Part shown: positions 50,149 to 59,062 of the stretch, piece by piece
How the letters are laid out: each line of letters starts with the position of its first letter
How positions within the stretch are numbered: position 1 is the first letter of the stretch
Assembly (NCBI GenBank): GCA_035285805.1
Contig: JAYKJE010000021.1
Span: forward strand, 12,267 to 76,266
Direction of reading: 5' to 3'
Length of the DNA: 64,000 nt
Origin: a bacterium
GTDB taxonomy: Bacteria > Cyanobacteriota > Sericytochromatia > S15B-MN24 > UBA4093
Position numbers and translations under genes: made by a program
Notes under the pieces: generated by a model
Seen by the model: the letters and a program-made list of their open reading frames with translations, nothing else
The model's database searches: none
What the model was told of the DNA's origin: nothing

Positions 50149-51225
50149 ATGGGTTTGCTCCCGGCGGGGTATGATGCCCCCACCTGGAAGGAGGCCCACG
50201 TGCCCAATCGTTCCATCCGGCCGGGGATTGCCCTGAGCCTCGCCGTCGCGGCCTGCCTGGCGTGCTGGCCCTCGCCCGCGCTCGCAGGCGACGAGGGGGC
50301 GCCTGCCGCCCTCGCCCGGGCGGCATGGAAATCGCGCTGGGCCGAGGACCACGCCCGGATCCAGGACCACATCGACCACGATCGCGGTGACGCGGCACTT
50401 GCCGCCGCCGATGCCCTGCTCCGGGAGGTCCGGGCTTCCGGAGATCTCAAGGAGCTCGCAGAGGTCCTGCTGCTGCGAGGTGAGGCCCTGCTCGGACTCG
50501 ATCGCGCCGCGGAAGCGGGGAGCATGGCGCGCACCGCGCTCGGCCTCGGTAGCTTGCTCGGCGATCCGCACGTGCTGGCCTGTGCCTTCAACGACCTGGG
50601 CATCCTGGCGGAAGATGCCGGCCGCGTTCGGGGTGCCGCCACGTTTTATCGTCAGGCGTATCGCCATCTGCCGGCATTCGAGGATAAGGCCCTCAAGGAG
50701 GCCATCCTGTTCGATCTGGGGTCGGCGGAGTGCCGGACGGGGCGCGAAGAAGAGGGGTTCGTCCACCTCGAGGAGGGACGGACGGCTGCGCTCGCGCGAG
50801 GCGACCGTCTCGCCGAAACGCGTTTTCTCGTCCGTATCGCCGAGTTCAGGCAGGAATTCTCGAAACCCGAGGCCGAGAAACTGGCCCTGCAGGCGCTGGA
50901 GCAGGCACGGCAGCTCCGACATGCACCCAGCGAACAGGGTGCCGAGCGGACACTCGCTCGCTGCCGCCTGGTCGCCAAGGACCTGCCTGGAGCCGAGAAG
51001 CATTTTCGCGCGGCACTGGACGTCGCGAAGCGCAGCAGATCGGCCTGGGGGGAGGCGCAGGCGGCTTTCGAACTCGGACTCTTCCAGGTCCAGACCGGGA
51101 AGCGAAGCGAGGCGATCGCGCCCCTCGAACGGGCCGCCAGCTTGTTTCGCAAGCTCGGGCGCAAGGACCTCGCGGACGAGGTCAAGGAGCTCCTGCAGCG
51201 CCTGGCGCCGGCCAGGGCCTCCTGA
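50149..51225 (+). CDS. secreted TPR-like repeat protein
   Basis: Signal peptide (ALSLAVAACLACWPSPALAG) and repeated helical TPR-like units. The start may be GTG 50197. Confidence 0.6.
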   Translation: MGLLPAGYDAPTWKEAHVPNRSIRPGIALSLAVAACLACWPSPALAGDEGAPAALARAAWKSRWAEDHARIQDHIDHDRGDAALAAADALLREVRASGDLKELAEVLLLRGEALLGLDRAAEAGSMARTALGLGSLLGDPHVLACAFNDLGILAEDAGRVRGAATFYRQAYRHLPAFEDKALKEAILFDLGSAECRTGREEEGFVHLEEGRTAALARGDRLAETRFLVRIAEFRQEFSKPEAEKLALQALEQARQLRHAPSEQGAERTLARCRLVAKDLPGAEKHFRAALDVAKRSRSAWGEAQAAFELGLFQVQTGKRSEAIAPLERAASLFRKLGRKDLADEVKELLQRLAPARAS

Positions 51226-51226
51226 T

Positions 51227-54200
51227 TCAGGGGAGCGGCCCGAGTTCGAACACGTCGACGGACCGGCTCTTGCCCTTGACCTGGAGCGGTCCCACCGCGG
51301 TGAGCGTGAACCCCTCGTTCAGGAGCCGAGCCGTCGAGGAGCTGATCAGGACGCTGCCTCGCCGAGCGTTCGACTCGAGGCGAGCAGCCAGGTTCACCTC
51401 GTCACCGACGACCGTGTAATCCATCCGGTCGCGCGAGCCGATGTTCCCGGCGACCATCAGGCCTGTATTCAGCCCGATCCCGATCTCGAGACGCGCGTCT
51501 CCGGGCAGTTCTCCGCTGCCGTTGAGGTCGCGGACCGCCTGCTGCATCGCCAGGGCCGCAGTTGCTGCCCGGAAAGCATCCGTGCGCGCGTCGCCCTCCC
51601 CTGGCACGAACACGGCCATGATCCCGTCACCGATGAACTTGTCGAGAATGCCGCCATTCTCCGTGATCAGCCGTTCCATGCGGGTCATGTAGACGTTCAG
51701 GATCTGGACCACCTCGTGCGGAGCCATCTGCTCGGCCATCGTCGTGAACCCACGGATGTCCGCGAACATGACCGTGGCCTGGATCAGCGAACCCGACGAG
51801 GTCCTGGGGTCGGAACCCGCAGACACCTCGCGCAGCGCCGCCGAGGACAGGTACCGGGCCATCCGCTCCTTCTCGCGTGACATGGTCTTCTCGCGATGCA
51901 GGCTGTCACGCAGGTCCCGGAAGAGGACCGCCTGGTGGATGCTCAGGGCAGCCTGTCCGGCGATCGCCTCCAGGATGTCCATCTGACCGGGCCGGATGCT
52001 CCCCTGCTGGTGCTGGCTGGCGAGGTACAGGACCCCTTGATTGACCTCGTGGGCCACGAGCGGGATCGCGACGATGGTCTGGATCTGCAGGTCGATGACG
52101 GTCCGCGTGGCTCCGACGTGCTCGGCCGCATCCAGCATCATCAGGGACTGTCCGCGGGTCAGGACGCGCCGGGCGATCTGCTCGCTGTAAGGGGCTTCCT
52201 GGGGGGCGCCCACGCGCCGGTCGACCGTGCAGAGGGGCGTGAGGGTCGAACCGAGCAGCAGGCACCCGAACTCGGCCCCCGTCAGGTCCAGCGAGGTCTC
52301 CAGCAGATGCCGGGCCATGGTTTCGAGTTCGAGACTCTGCGTGACGGCGCGGTTGACCCGGACCAGAGCCTCGGCCCGCTCGAGGGCTGCTTCCCGCTCG
52401 GCGATCAGCGACGCGTGCCGGAGCCCGACCCCGACATGGCTGGCCAGGAGTCGCAACCACGGTGCGGGGTCCTCCCGGGGGTCGAGACCGGTGATCAGGA
52501 CGCCCCCCAGCAGTTCCCCCCCGTTGACGAACGGCAGGACGAGTTCATCCGGTGCCACCCGGAGGATGTCGCGCGTGCGGCGCGCATCATCCATCATGGG
52601 CTCGAGACGTTCCGGCGCCGCCTCGGACTGTCGTTCGCCCCCGCTCCCGATCCCCAGGATCCAGGCCTCGTCCTCACCGGTCAGCTCCTGCCAGAGCCAT
52701 ACCTCCGCTCCGCGGGTCCGGCGCAGGATCCAGCGTCCCACCCGATCGAGGAGCCGGCTGGCCGACGTCTGGCCCGCCAGCAGGTCTTCCATCTCCTTGA
52801 GGAAGTGCCGATCCGGCAGGAAGAGCGGAGCTGCGATGCCCAGCCCCTCCAGCAACTGGCCGAGCGGTGTCGCGAGGGCCTCGCTCAGCGAGCCGTTCGG
52901 CTGTCCGGCGGATCCGCCCAGCGACAGCCGATGCAGGTGATCGTGGATCCGCTGGCGCTCGCCGACCGACAGGAAGGCGCGGGCCTGCGAGGCGTCTGCC
53001 CGCTCCAGCGCTCCGGCGACGAACTCGTGCGCCTGGCTGACGAACTGGGCGCGGGCTCCGGGCGTCCGCTCGACCTGCGAGAGGGCCCAGGCCGCCTCTG
53101 CGGCGATGGAGCGCTGTCCGACCTGTCTGGCGAGGTTCAGGGCCTCGCGGCAAGCCTCGTGTCCCCCCTCGGCCTGATCACGGGCCGCCCGTGCACGCAG
53201 CAGCAGCGACTCCGCCCGATCCGAGCTACGCCCCAGGAGTTCGTACAGGCGACTTGCCTCCTCCAGCCAGGTGATGGCATTATGCGGTCGCTCGGCCTGC
53301 CATTCGAGATATCCGTGATGGGAGTCATGACCCGCTTCGAGCGCCGGGACCTCCCAGGCGTCGGCGAACTTGCGGCAGGCGCGCGCATGCAGTTCCGCGC
53401 GGGGTGATTCGCCGATCCGTTCCTGGGCGCGGGCAGCGGCCAGGTGCAGCCATCCCTGCCAGACGGGGTGCACGACCTCACCGAGGTCGAGGCCTCGCAG
53501 GGCCCACTCGAGGGCCCGGAGGTCACGGCCCAGCCAGCGCCACGCCTCGGCACCGACGTATCGGACCGCAGCCACCCACGGATCCTCTTCCCGGCCCTGC
53601 AGCATCACGGTCGCATCCGCGAGGGCCTCCTCGGCTGCACGGAGGTCACCGAGCTGCGCCCACCCGAGTCCCGAGCACGCCCGGGCCAGGGCGCCCCAGG
53701 TCCGGTCGGATTCCTCGACCAGCTGGATGCTGAGCAGGTCGAACTGGCTGAGGGCATCGGTGACGGGCCCGCACCAGAGGCGGTGAATGGCCTCGTGAAG
53801 CGCCACGCGAGGCTGATAGGCGTCCGGGCTTTTCTCGCGGCGCGCGAGAATCTGCCCGTGCAGCCGGGCATCTCCCCAGGTGAAGGCCGCATCGAGCAAC
53901 TCCAGGCGGGCGCTTCCCTCGCCCCCCCGATGTCCATCGAGCTCCACGGCCTCGGCCAGGTACCGGAATCCCTCGGCGGCTCCCCCGGGTGCCTCGGTCA
54001 GCAGGCGCCGACCCAGCAGGGTCCGGGCCCTGGCCCGCAGGTACGGGGTTCCCGTCTCGTCCATGCGGGGGATCCAGAGCTGGAGGGCCGGCACGGTCAG
54101 GCCCGGATCGATCTCCTGCAAGAAGCTGAGCCCGGTCTGCCAGTCCGTGGGCGTGGTCGCGAGGCTTCCCCAGCTCTCGAGGCGAGCCAGGACCAGGTCC

Positions 54201-56023
54201 GGCTGGTTCGCCTGTATCGCCGTGCGCAGGGCGAGTCGAGCCCAGCCGGCATCACGGGACTCACCCGGAACCGTCTCGAGCAAGGCCTCGGCATCTTCCC
54301 AGGCTCCCGTAGCCAGGGCACGCTCGACGGGACGTGCCTGCCAGTCGGGCAAGCCCAGCCGTCTCTCCCAGGAGGCGATGGCGCTCGCCGGGGCACCGGG
54401 ATGGCCCTCGAGCAGGCGCTTGAAGCTCTGTTCCTGGAGGGGCCTACCGACGGCGCGGTGCAGGGCATCGGACTCAAGGCTCGCCCGCCAGACCAGGCAG
54501 TCTTCCTCCAGGCTCCAGAGACCGAGTCGAAGGCCCTTCACGACCGTTTCGGGGCCGTGATCCGCCACGGCGTCGATGAATCGGGGCAGCGGGGTCCGGG
54601 CCGTCCAGACCAGGGCCGCCAGGTCGCGCACGTCCGCGGGGAGGGCGTGCCAGACCCACTCGGACCAGTCTTCCCAGCCGCGATCGTCTCCACCGAGGAA
54701 GCGATGCGTCTGCCAGGCGCCGAACACGGCGGCTTCCGCGCCCCCGGACCTCCAGATGCCCTGGCGGATCGCCTCGGGAAGTCCGGGAGCCGACGGGGGA
54801 AGGACATCGTTGTGCGGGACGGTACGGCAGCCGCCCGGCGGAGGGGAACCGGCCTGAACCAGCACGATCCAGCGTCCTCCGGCTTCGATGAGGCGGGTCA
54901 CCATGGCCCGCGCCGTAGGACCGAGCGTGCTCCACCCCGCGAGGCCCACGCAGATACCGTCGCCGAGCCAGCGCAGGGCCATCTCGAGTTCCCGGCTCCA
55001 GGTGAGCACGTCTGTCCTGCCCGAGCCCTGGTGAAGCGCCAGCAGACGCCCCAGTCCACTCGCCCGGGCGGGGTCCCGGGCGACCAGTCCTGGCAAGATG
55101 GCCTGCGCCAGGCGGCTCGCCACGTCGGCTGCATCGGCACCCGGTTCCAGGCGGCAGATGCCGATTTGCGGCACCTCTTCCAGCGTGGCGGCCAGGATGC
55201 GCGCCTCGACCCGTCCCGGTGCCTCGACGGCGAGGGGGCGTTGTTCCTCGGGGTCGCTCAGCCAGTCTCGCAGGGTCTTCCGGTAGGCGCGGTCCTTCGG
55301 GAGGAAGGCACTGGTCGGAGGGGGGGAGACCGTGTGGACGCCCGGGCAGAGGCGGCTCCAAAAGCTCCACCTGTCGCCCGGTTCCGGATGCGTCAGGCCA
55401 TCCCGATCGGCTTTCCAGTCGGCGGAGGCCTCCACGTGCTCGAACATGCGGGCCAGGAACCACCAGTCGGTCCGGGAATCCACGGGGAGCCCCAGTCGCA
55501 GTTCCGGGGCCAGAGTCTCGTCCGGTATCGGAGTGAAGCGCTGTCCGGCCACGGCCCAGAGGCCACCGTCCAGCAGCACGGGGTGTCCGTCCGGGGTCCG
55601 CCACCAGGCGTCGCGCCGCCACGTGCCTACCACCCAGCCGCGCGCATGCCACAGCTGGAGGTGGTCGAGCATCTTCCCGAGGTCGTCGGGTGAAAGGGAG
55701 GTCCCGATCGGCGAGAGCGATCCTCTGTGCAGCACGAATCCGACGAGCTGCCCGTTCTCGTGAAGCGCAGGGCCCACCCGGAGGCCCAGTTCGGGACCTT
55801 CTGAGGTCCAGAAAGCGTGTTCCCAGGCGATCAGACGAGCATCCAGACTGATCGATGCGGCGCCTCTCCGCTTGCCCACGAACAGAACGACCGGGTCCCC
55901 GTTCTGTCGGTCGATGGCGCATATCAGGGGCGATGCGTCATCCGGCCTGCCGGGAGCCATCTCGAAGGCATCCAGGGTCCATTCCAACGGACTGCTCCCC
56001 GCGTTCAAACGTGGTTCCATCAC
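51227..56023 (-). CDS. multidomain signalling protein: N-terminal protein-kinase-like (probable pseudokinase), long TPR/helical region, GAF domain, and C-terminal class III adenylate cyclase
   Basis: C-terminal motifs FADIRGFTT, DKFIGDGIMAVF and VVGDEVNLAARLE (Lys/Asp suggests ATP specificity). The N-terminus has a degenerate kinase core (VLFVGKR ... WRRD ... DGG). It is 1598 aa. Confidence 0.75.
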   Translation of the reverse strand: MMEPRLNAGSSPLEWTLDAFEMAPGRPDDASPLICAIDRQNGDPVVLFVGKRRGAASISLDARLIAWEHAFWTSEGPELGLRVGPALHENGQLVGFVLHRGSLSPIGTSLSPDDLGKMLDHLQLWHARGWVVGTWRRDAWWRTPDGHPVLLDGGLWAVAGQRFTPIPDETLAPELRLGLPVDSRTDWWFLARMFEHVEASADWKADRDGLTHPEPGDRWSFWSRLCPGVHTVSPPPTSAFLPKDRAYRKTLRDWLSDPEEQRPLAVEAPGRVEARILAATLEEVPQIGICRLEPGADAADVASRLAQAILPGLVARDPARASGLGRLLALHQGSGRTDVLTWSRELEMALRWLGDGICVGLAGWSTLGPTARAMVTRLIEAGGRWIVLVQAGSPPPGGCRTVPHNDVLPPSAPGLPEAIRQGIWRSGGAEAAVFGAWQTHRFLGGDDRGWEDWSEWVWHALPADVRDLAALVWTARTPLPRFIDAVADHGPETVVKGLRLGLWSLEEDCLVWRASLESDALHRAVGRPLQEQSFKRLLEGHPGAPASAIASWERRLGLPDWQARPVERALATGAWEDAEALLETVPGESRDAGWARLALRTAIQANQPDLVLARLESWGSLATTPTDWQTGLSFLQEIDPGLTVPALQLWIPRMDETGTPYLRARARTLLGRRLLTEAPGGAAEGFRYLAEAVELDGHRGGEGSARLELLDAAFTWGDARLHGQILARREKSPDAYQPRVALHEAIHRLWCGPVTDALSQFDLLSIQLVEESDRTWGALARACSGLGWAQLGDLRAAEEALADATVMLQGREEDPWVAAVRYVGAEAWRWLGRDLRALEWALRGLDLGEVVHPVWQGWLHLAAARAQERIGESPRAELHARACRKFADAWEVPALEAGHDSHHGYLEWQAERPHNAITWLEEASRLYELLGRSSDRAESLLLRARAARDQAEGGHEACREALNLARQVGQRSIAAEAAWALSQVERTPGARAQFVSQAHEFVAGALERADASQARAFLSVGERQRIHDHLHRLSLGGSAGQPNGSLSEALATPLGQLLEGLGIAAPLFLPDRHFLKEMEDLLAGQTSASRLLDRVGRWILRRTRGAEVWLWQELTGEDEAWILGIGSGGERQSEAAPERLEPMMDDARRTRDILRVAPDELVLPFVNGGELLGGVLITGLDPREDPAPWLRLLASHVGVGLRHASLIAEREAALERAEALVRVNRAVTQSLELETMARHLLETSLDLTGAEFGCLLLGSTLTPLCTVDRRVGAPQEAPYSEQIARRVLTRGQSLMMLDAAEHVGATRTVIDLQIQTIVAIPLVAHEVNQGVLYLASQHQQGSIRPGQMDILEAIAGQAALSIHQAVLFRDLRDSLHREKTMSREKERMARYLSSAALREVSAGSDPRTSSGSLIQATVMFADIRGFTTMAEQMAPHEVVQILNVYMTRMERLITENGGILDKFIGDGIMAVFVPGEGDARTDAFRAATAALAMQQAVRDLNGSGELPGDARLEIGIGLNTGLMVAGNIGSRDRMDYTVVGDEVNLAARLESNARRGSVLISSSTARLLNEGFTLTAVGPLQVKGKSRSVDVFELGPLP

Positions 56024-56112
56024 GTGCCATCTTTCCCCGGTCGTCCGTTTCTTAACGCCCGACCCGCGGGAGCCACGATGGAGCCTTGCCCCGGGAGTGG
56101 TACGGCACTACC

Positions 56113-57828
56113 ATGGACGGGATGCCGGTTCCTTTCGTTCATGCCTCGACCTCCCGCACGCCTCGCGACGTTCTCGCGCGCGTCTTCGGCCATGCCGATT
56201 TCCGGGAACATCAGGAGGGCGTGGTGTCCGCCATCCTGGCCGGCCGGGACACGCTCGTCGTCCTGCCGACCGGGGGTGGGAAGTCGCTTTGCTACCAGCT
56301 CCCCGCCGTCCTGCTGGATGGACTGACCGTCGTGGTCACCCCGCTCATCGCCCTGATGCGTGACCAGGTCGAGGGTCTGGAGCGTCGTGGCATCCGGGCC
56401 ACGATGCTGCATCACCATCTGGAGCCCTCGGAGGTGACGGACCGGCTCGAGGCGATCGCCGCGGGCCAGGTCCGGCTGGTGTACGTGTCACCCGAGCGTT
56501 TCCGACACCCGGCCTCGCTCGAGGCGATGGCCCGGGCGGGGGTCGCCCTGCTGGCCATCGACGAGGCCCACTGTCTCTCGACCTGGGGGCACGACTTCCG
56601 TCCGGACTACCAGCGCCTGGGCGAGGTTCGCGAGCGACTGGGGCGCCCTCCTGTCGTCGCCGTCACGGCGACGGCGACGCCGGCCGTGCGCGAGGACATC
56701 CGCTCGGTTCTCGACCTCCGGGACCCCCTCGAGGTGGTGGCCGGTTTCGACCGTCCCGAACTCCGCTGGGTGGTCCGCTCGACTCCTACCCGCGAGGCCA
56801 AGCGCGAGAAGTTGCAGGAGATCGTCACGAAGATCCGTGGGGCCGGGATCGTCTACGTGGCGACCCGGAAGCAGGCCGAGCGCGTCCTGCAGGACCTCTC
56901 CGCCACCGGGGAGCGGGTGGCCTGTTACCACGCCGGGATGCCCCCGGCCGACCGAGAGGCCAGCCAGGCGAGCTGGATGCGGGGGGAGAGCCGGATCATC
57001 GTGGCCACGAACGCCTTCGGGATGGGGGTCGACCGCGCCGGGGTCCGGTTCGTGATTCACCACGACCTCCCCGCGTCGCTCGAGGGCTACTACCAGGAAG
57101 CCGGTCGGGCCGGGCGAGACCGGGGCGCCTCGTATGCCGTCTTGCTCTACACGCCGGCCGATAGGCATCTCCAGGCGTTCATGCTGTCCGGTTCCACGCC
57201 GGACCTCACGCTCCTCTGGGACCTCCATGCGTGGCTCGCCGGGCAGGGAGAGGTTCCCCGGGACCCGGCCTGGATGGCCTCCAGTCTCGGTCGGAAGGTC
57301 TCGGTCGGGGCCGTCGAGGGGGCTCTCCAGGTCCTCGAGAGGGCCGGGGCGATCGCCTCGGGACCGACGGTCCGCGTGACCCGTCAGGGACGGTCCCTCG
57401 CCGAACTCGGGATCGAGACCTCCATGTGGGTCCAGCGGAGACAGCGGGACCTCGAGCGCCTCGACCGGATGGTGGCCTTCGCCGAAGCCACGACGTGCCG
57501 CAAGGCCCTGATCCTGGGATATTTCGGCGAGATGCACGCGGGAGACTGCGGGGCCTGTGACGTCTGCCTCGAGGGCCGGACCATCACGGGGGGCGCCTCC
57601 GGGTCCGAGCCCGCCCTCGGTCGCCTCGCGCGTATCCGGGACCGGATCGCAGCCGACCTCGAGTTGCCCGCCTACTGTGTCGCCCATGACCGCCTGCTGG
57701 TGTCGCTGGCCGCGCGTCCGCCGAGAAGCTTCGAGGATCTGCTCAAGGTGCGCGGCATGAGCCCCGAGCGCGCGCGCTGGTGGGCTCCTCACCTGGTCGA
57801 GGGCCCGGTTCCCGCCCTGGAGGCCTGA
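56113..57828 (+). CDS. recQ: ATP-dependent DNA helicase RecQ
   Basis: Helicase motifs LVVLPTGGGKSLCYQLPA and DEAHCLSTWGHDFRPDY, zinc-binding Cys cluster, and a C-terminal HRDC-like region. I chose the internal ATG. Confidence 0.85.
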   Translation: MDGMPVPFVHASTSRTPRDVLARVFGHADFREHQEGVVSAILAGRDTLVVLPTGGGKSLCYQLPAVLLDGLTVVVTPLIALMRDQVEGLERRGIRATMLHHHLEPSEVTDRLEAIAAGQVRLVYVSPERFRHPASLEAMARAGVALLAIDEAHCLSTWGHDFRPDYQRLGEVRERLGRPPVVAVTATATPAVREDIRSVLDLRDPLEVVAGFDRPELRWVVRSTPTREAKREKLQEIVTKIRGAGIVYVATRKQAERVLQDLSATGERVACYHAGMPPADREASQASWMRGESRIIVATNAFGMGVDRAGVRFVIHHDLPASLEGYYQEAGRAGRDRGASYAVLLYTPADRHLQAFMLSGSTPDLTLLWDLHAWLAGQGEVPRDPAWMASSLGRKVSVGAVEGALQVLERAGAIASGPTVRVTRQGRSLAELGIETSMWVQRRQRDLERLDRMVAFAEATTCRKALILGYFGEMHAGDCGACDVCLEGRTITGGASGSEPALGRLARIRDRIAADLELPAYCVAHDRLLVSLAARPPRSFEDLLKVRGMSPERARWWAPHLVEGPVPALEA

Positions 57829-57833
57829 GGGGG

Positions 57834-59060
57834 ATGACTCCAGATCGCCAGCTCGAGGCCCTCGCGAGGGCCCATGGCATCCGTCCCGGGCTCGAGCGGA
57901 TGACGGCTCTGCTCGCACGGCTCGGAAACCCGGAGCGAGGGCTCCGGGTCGTCCACGTGGCCGGAACCAACGGGAAAGGGTCCGTCTGCGCGCTCGTGGC
58001 CGAGGTGCTGCGTGCAGCCGGCCACCGGGTGCTGCGTTACACGAGTCCTCACCTGGTGTTTTACCGGGAGCGGTACTGGGTCGACGGCCGGTGGATCGCC
58101 CCCGCGCGCTTCGAGGCAGCGCTCGCGCACATCGACCGTGCGGTCCGGGAAATCGAAGATCGGCTCGGGGTCGTCACCGAGTTCGAGCGCCTCACGGCGA
58201 TCGCCTTCTGGCTGGCCCGCGAGGAGGCCGTCGACTGGCTCGTCCTGGAGGTGGGGCTGGGAGGGAGGCTCGATGCCACCAACGTCGTGGCGAGCCCCGA
58301 GGTCTCGGTCATCACGCGGATCGCGCGGGATCACGTCGAGTGGCTGGGGGAGGCCCTGACGGACATCGCGCGCGAGAAGGCCGGCATCCTGCGTCGGGCT
58401 GTACCGCTCGTCACGGGGGCCACGGGCGAGGCACTCGACGCCATCCGGGACGTTGCCGGGCGCACGGGCACCCCCTGCAGGGTCGTCGAGGCCGACGGGG
58501 CGATCGCCCTCTCCTGGCAGGGCGAACCGGTCGAGGTGGCTCTCCCCGGTACTTACCAGCGGGTCAATGCGGCGATCGCCATGCAGGTCCTGGACGTGCT
58601 TCACGAGCGCGGGCACGCCCTTTCCGGGGAGGCCGTCCGGACGGGCTTCGCTCGGGTGCGCTGGCCCGGGCGGCTGGAGTCGATCCAGGTTCCCGACGGT
58701 CCGCTTTACTGGCTCGATGGCGCCCACAACGAGGATGGTGCCGTGGCCCTGGCCGCGTCGTTGCCCCGGCGCCCGGGGGTGCTCGTCTTCGGGGCGCTCG
58801 CCGACAAGGAACCCGAGCGTCTGGCCCGGATACTGGCTCCCCTGGCGCCTCATCACGTGCTGGTGCCCGTGGCCAGCCCGCGCACCTGGACCCCGGTCGC
58901 CGAGGGCGTCTGGGCCGGGGCCCGGGTGGTGGCCGACTTGGCTGAAGCCATGCGAGTCGCGGAAGCGGCGGCAGCCGGTGCCCCGCTCCTCGTCGCGGGG
59001 TCCCTGTACCTGGTGGGGGCCGTGCGGCACCTGCTCGGAGTCCAGGATCCCGAGGCCTGA
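57834..59060 (+). CDS. folC: bifunctional folylpolyglutamate synthase/dihydrofolate synthase
   Basis: Mur-ligase P-loop VAGTNGKGSV and the FolC family pattern. Confidence 0.85.
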   Translation: MTPDRQLEALARAHGIRPGLERMTALLARLGNPERGLRVVHVAGTNGKGSVCALVAEVLRAAGHRVLRYTSPHLVFYRERYWVDGRWIAPARFEAALAHIDRAVREIEDRLGVVTEFERLTAIAFWLAREEAVDWLVLEVGLGGRLDATNVVASPEVSVITRIARDHVEWLGEALTDIAREKAGILRRAVPLVTGATGEALDAIRDVAGRTGTPCRVVEADGAIALSWQGEPVEVALPGTYQRVNAAIAMQVLDVLHERGHALSGEAVRTGFARVRWPGRLESIQVPDGPLYWLDGAHNEDGAVALAASLPRRPGVLVFGALADKEPERLARILAPLAPHHVLVPVASPRTWTPVAEGVWAGARVVADLAEAMRVAEAAAAGAPLLVAGSLYLVGAVRHLLGVQDPEA

Positions 59061-59062
59061 CC

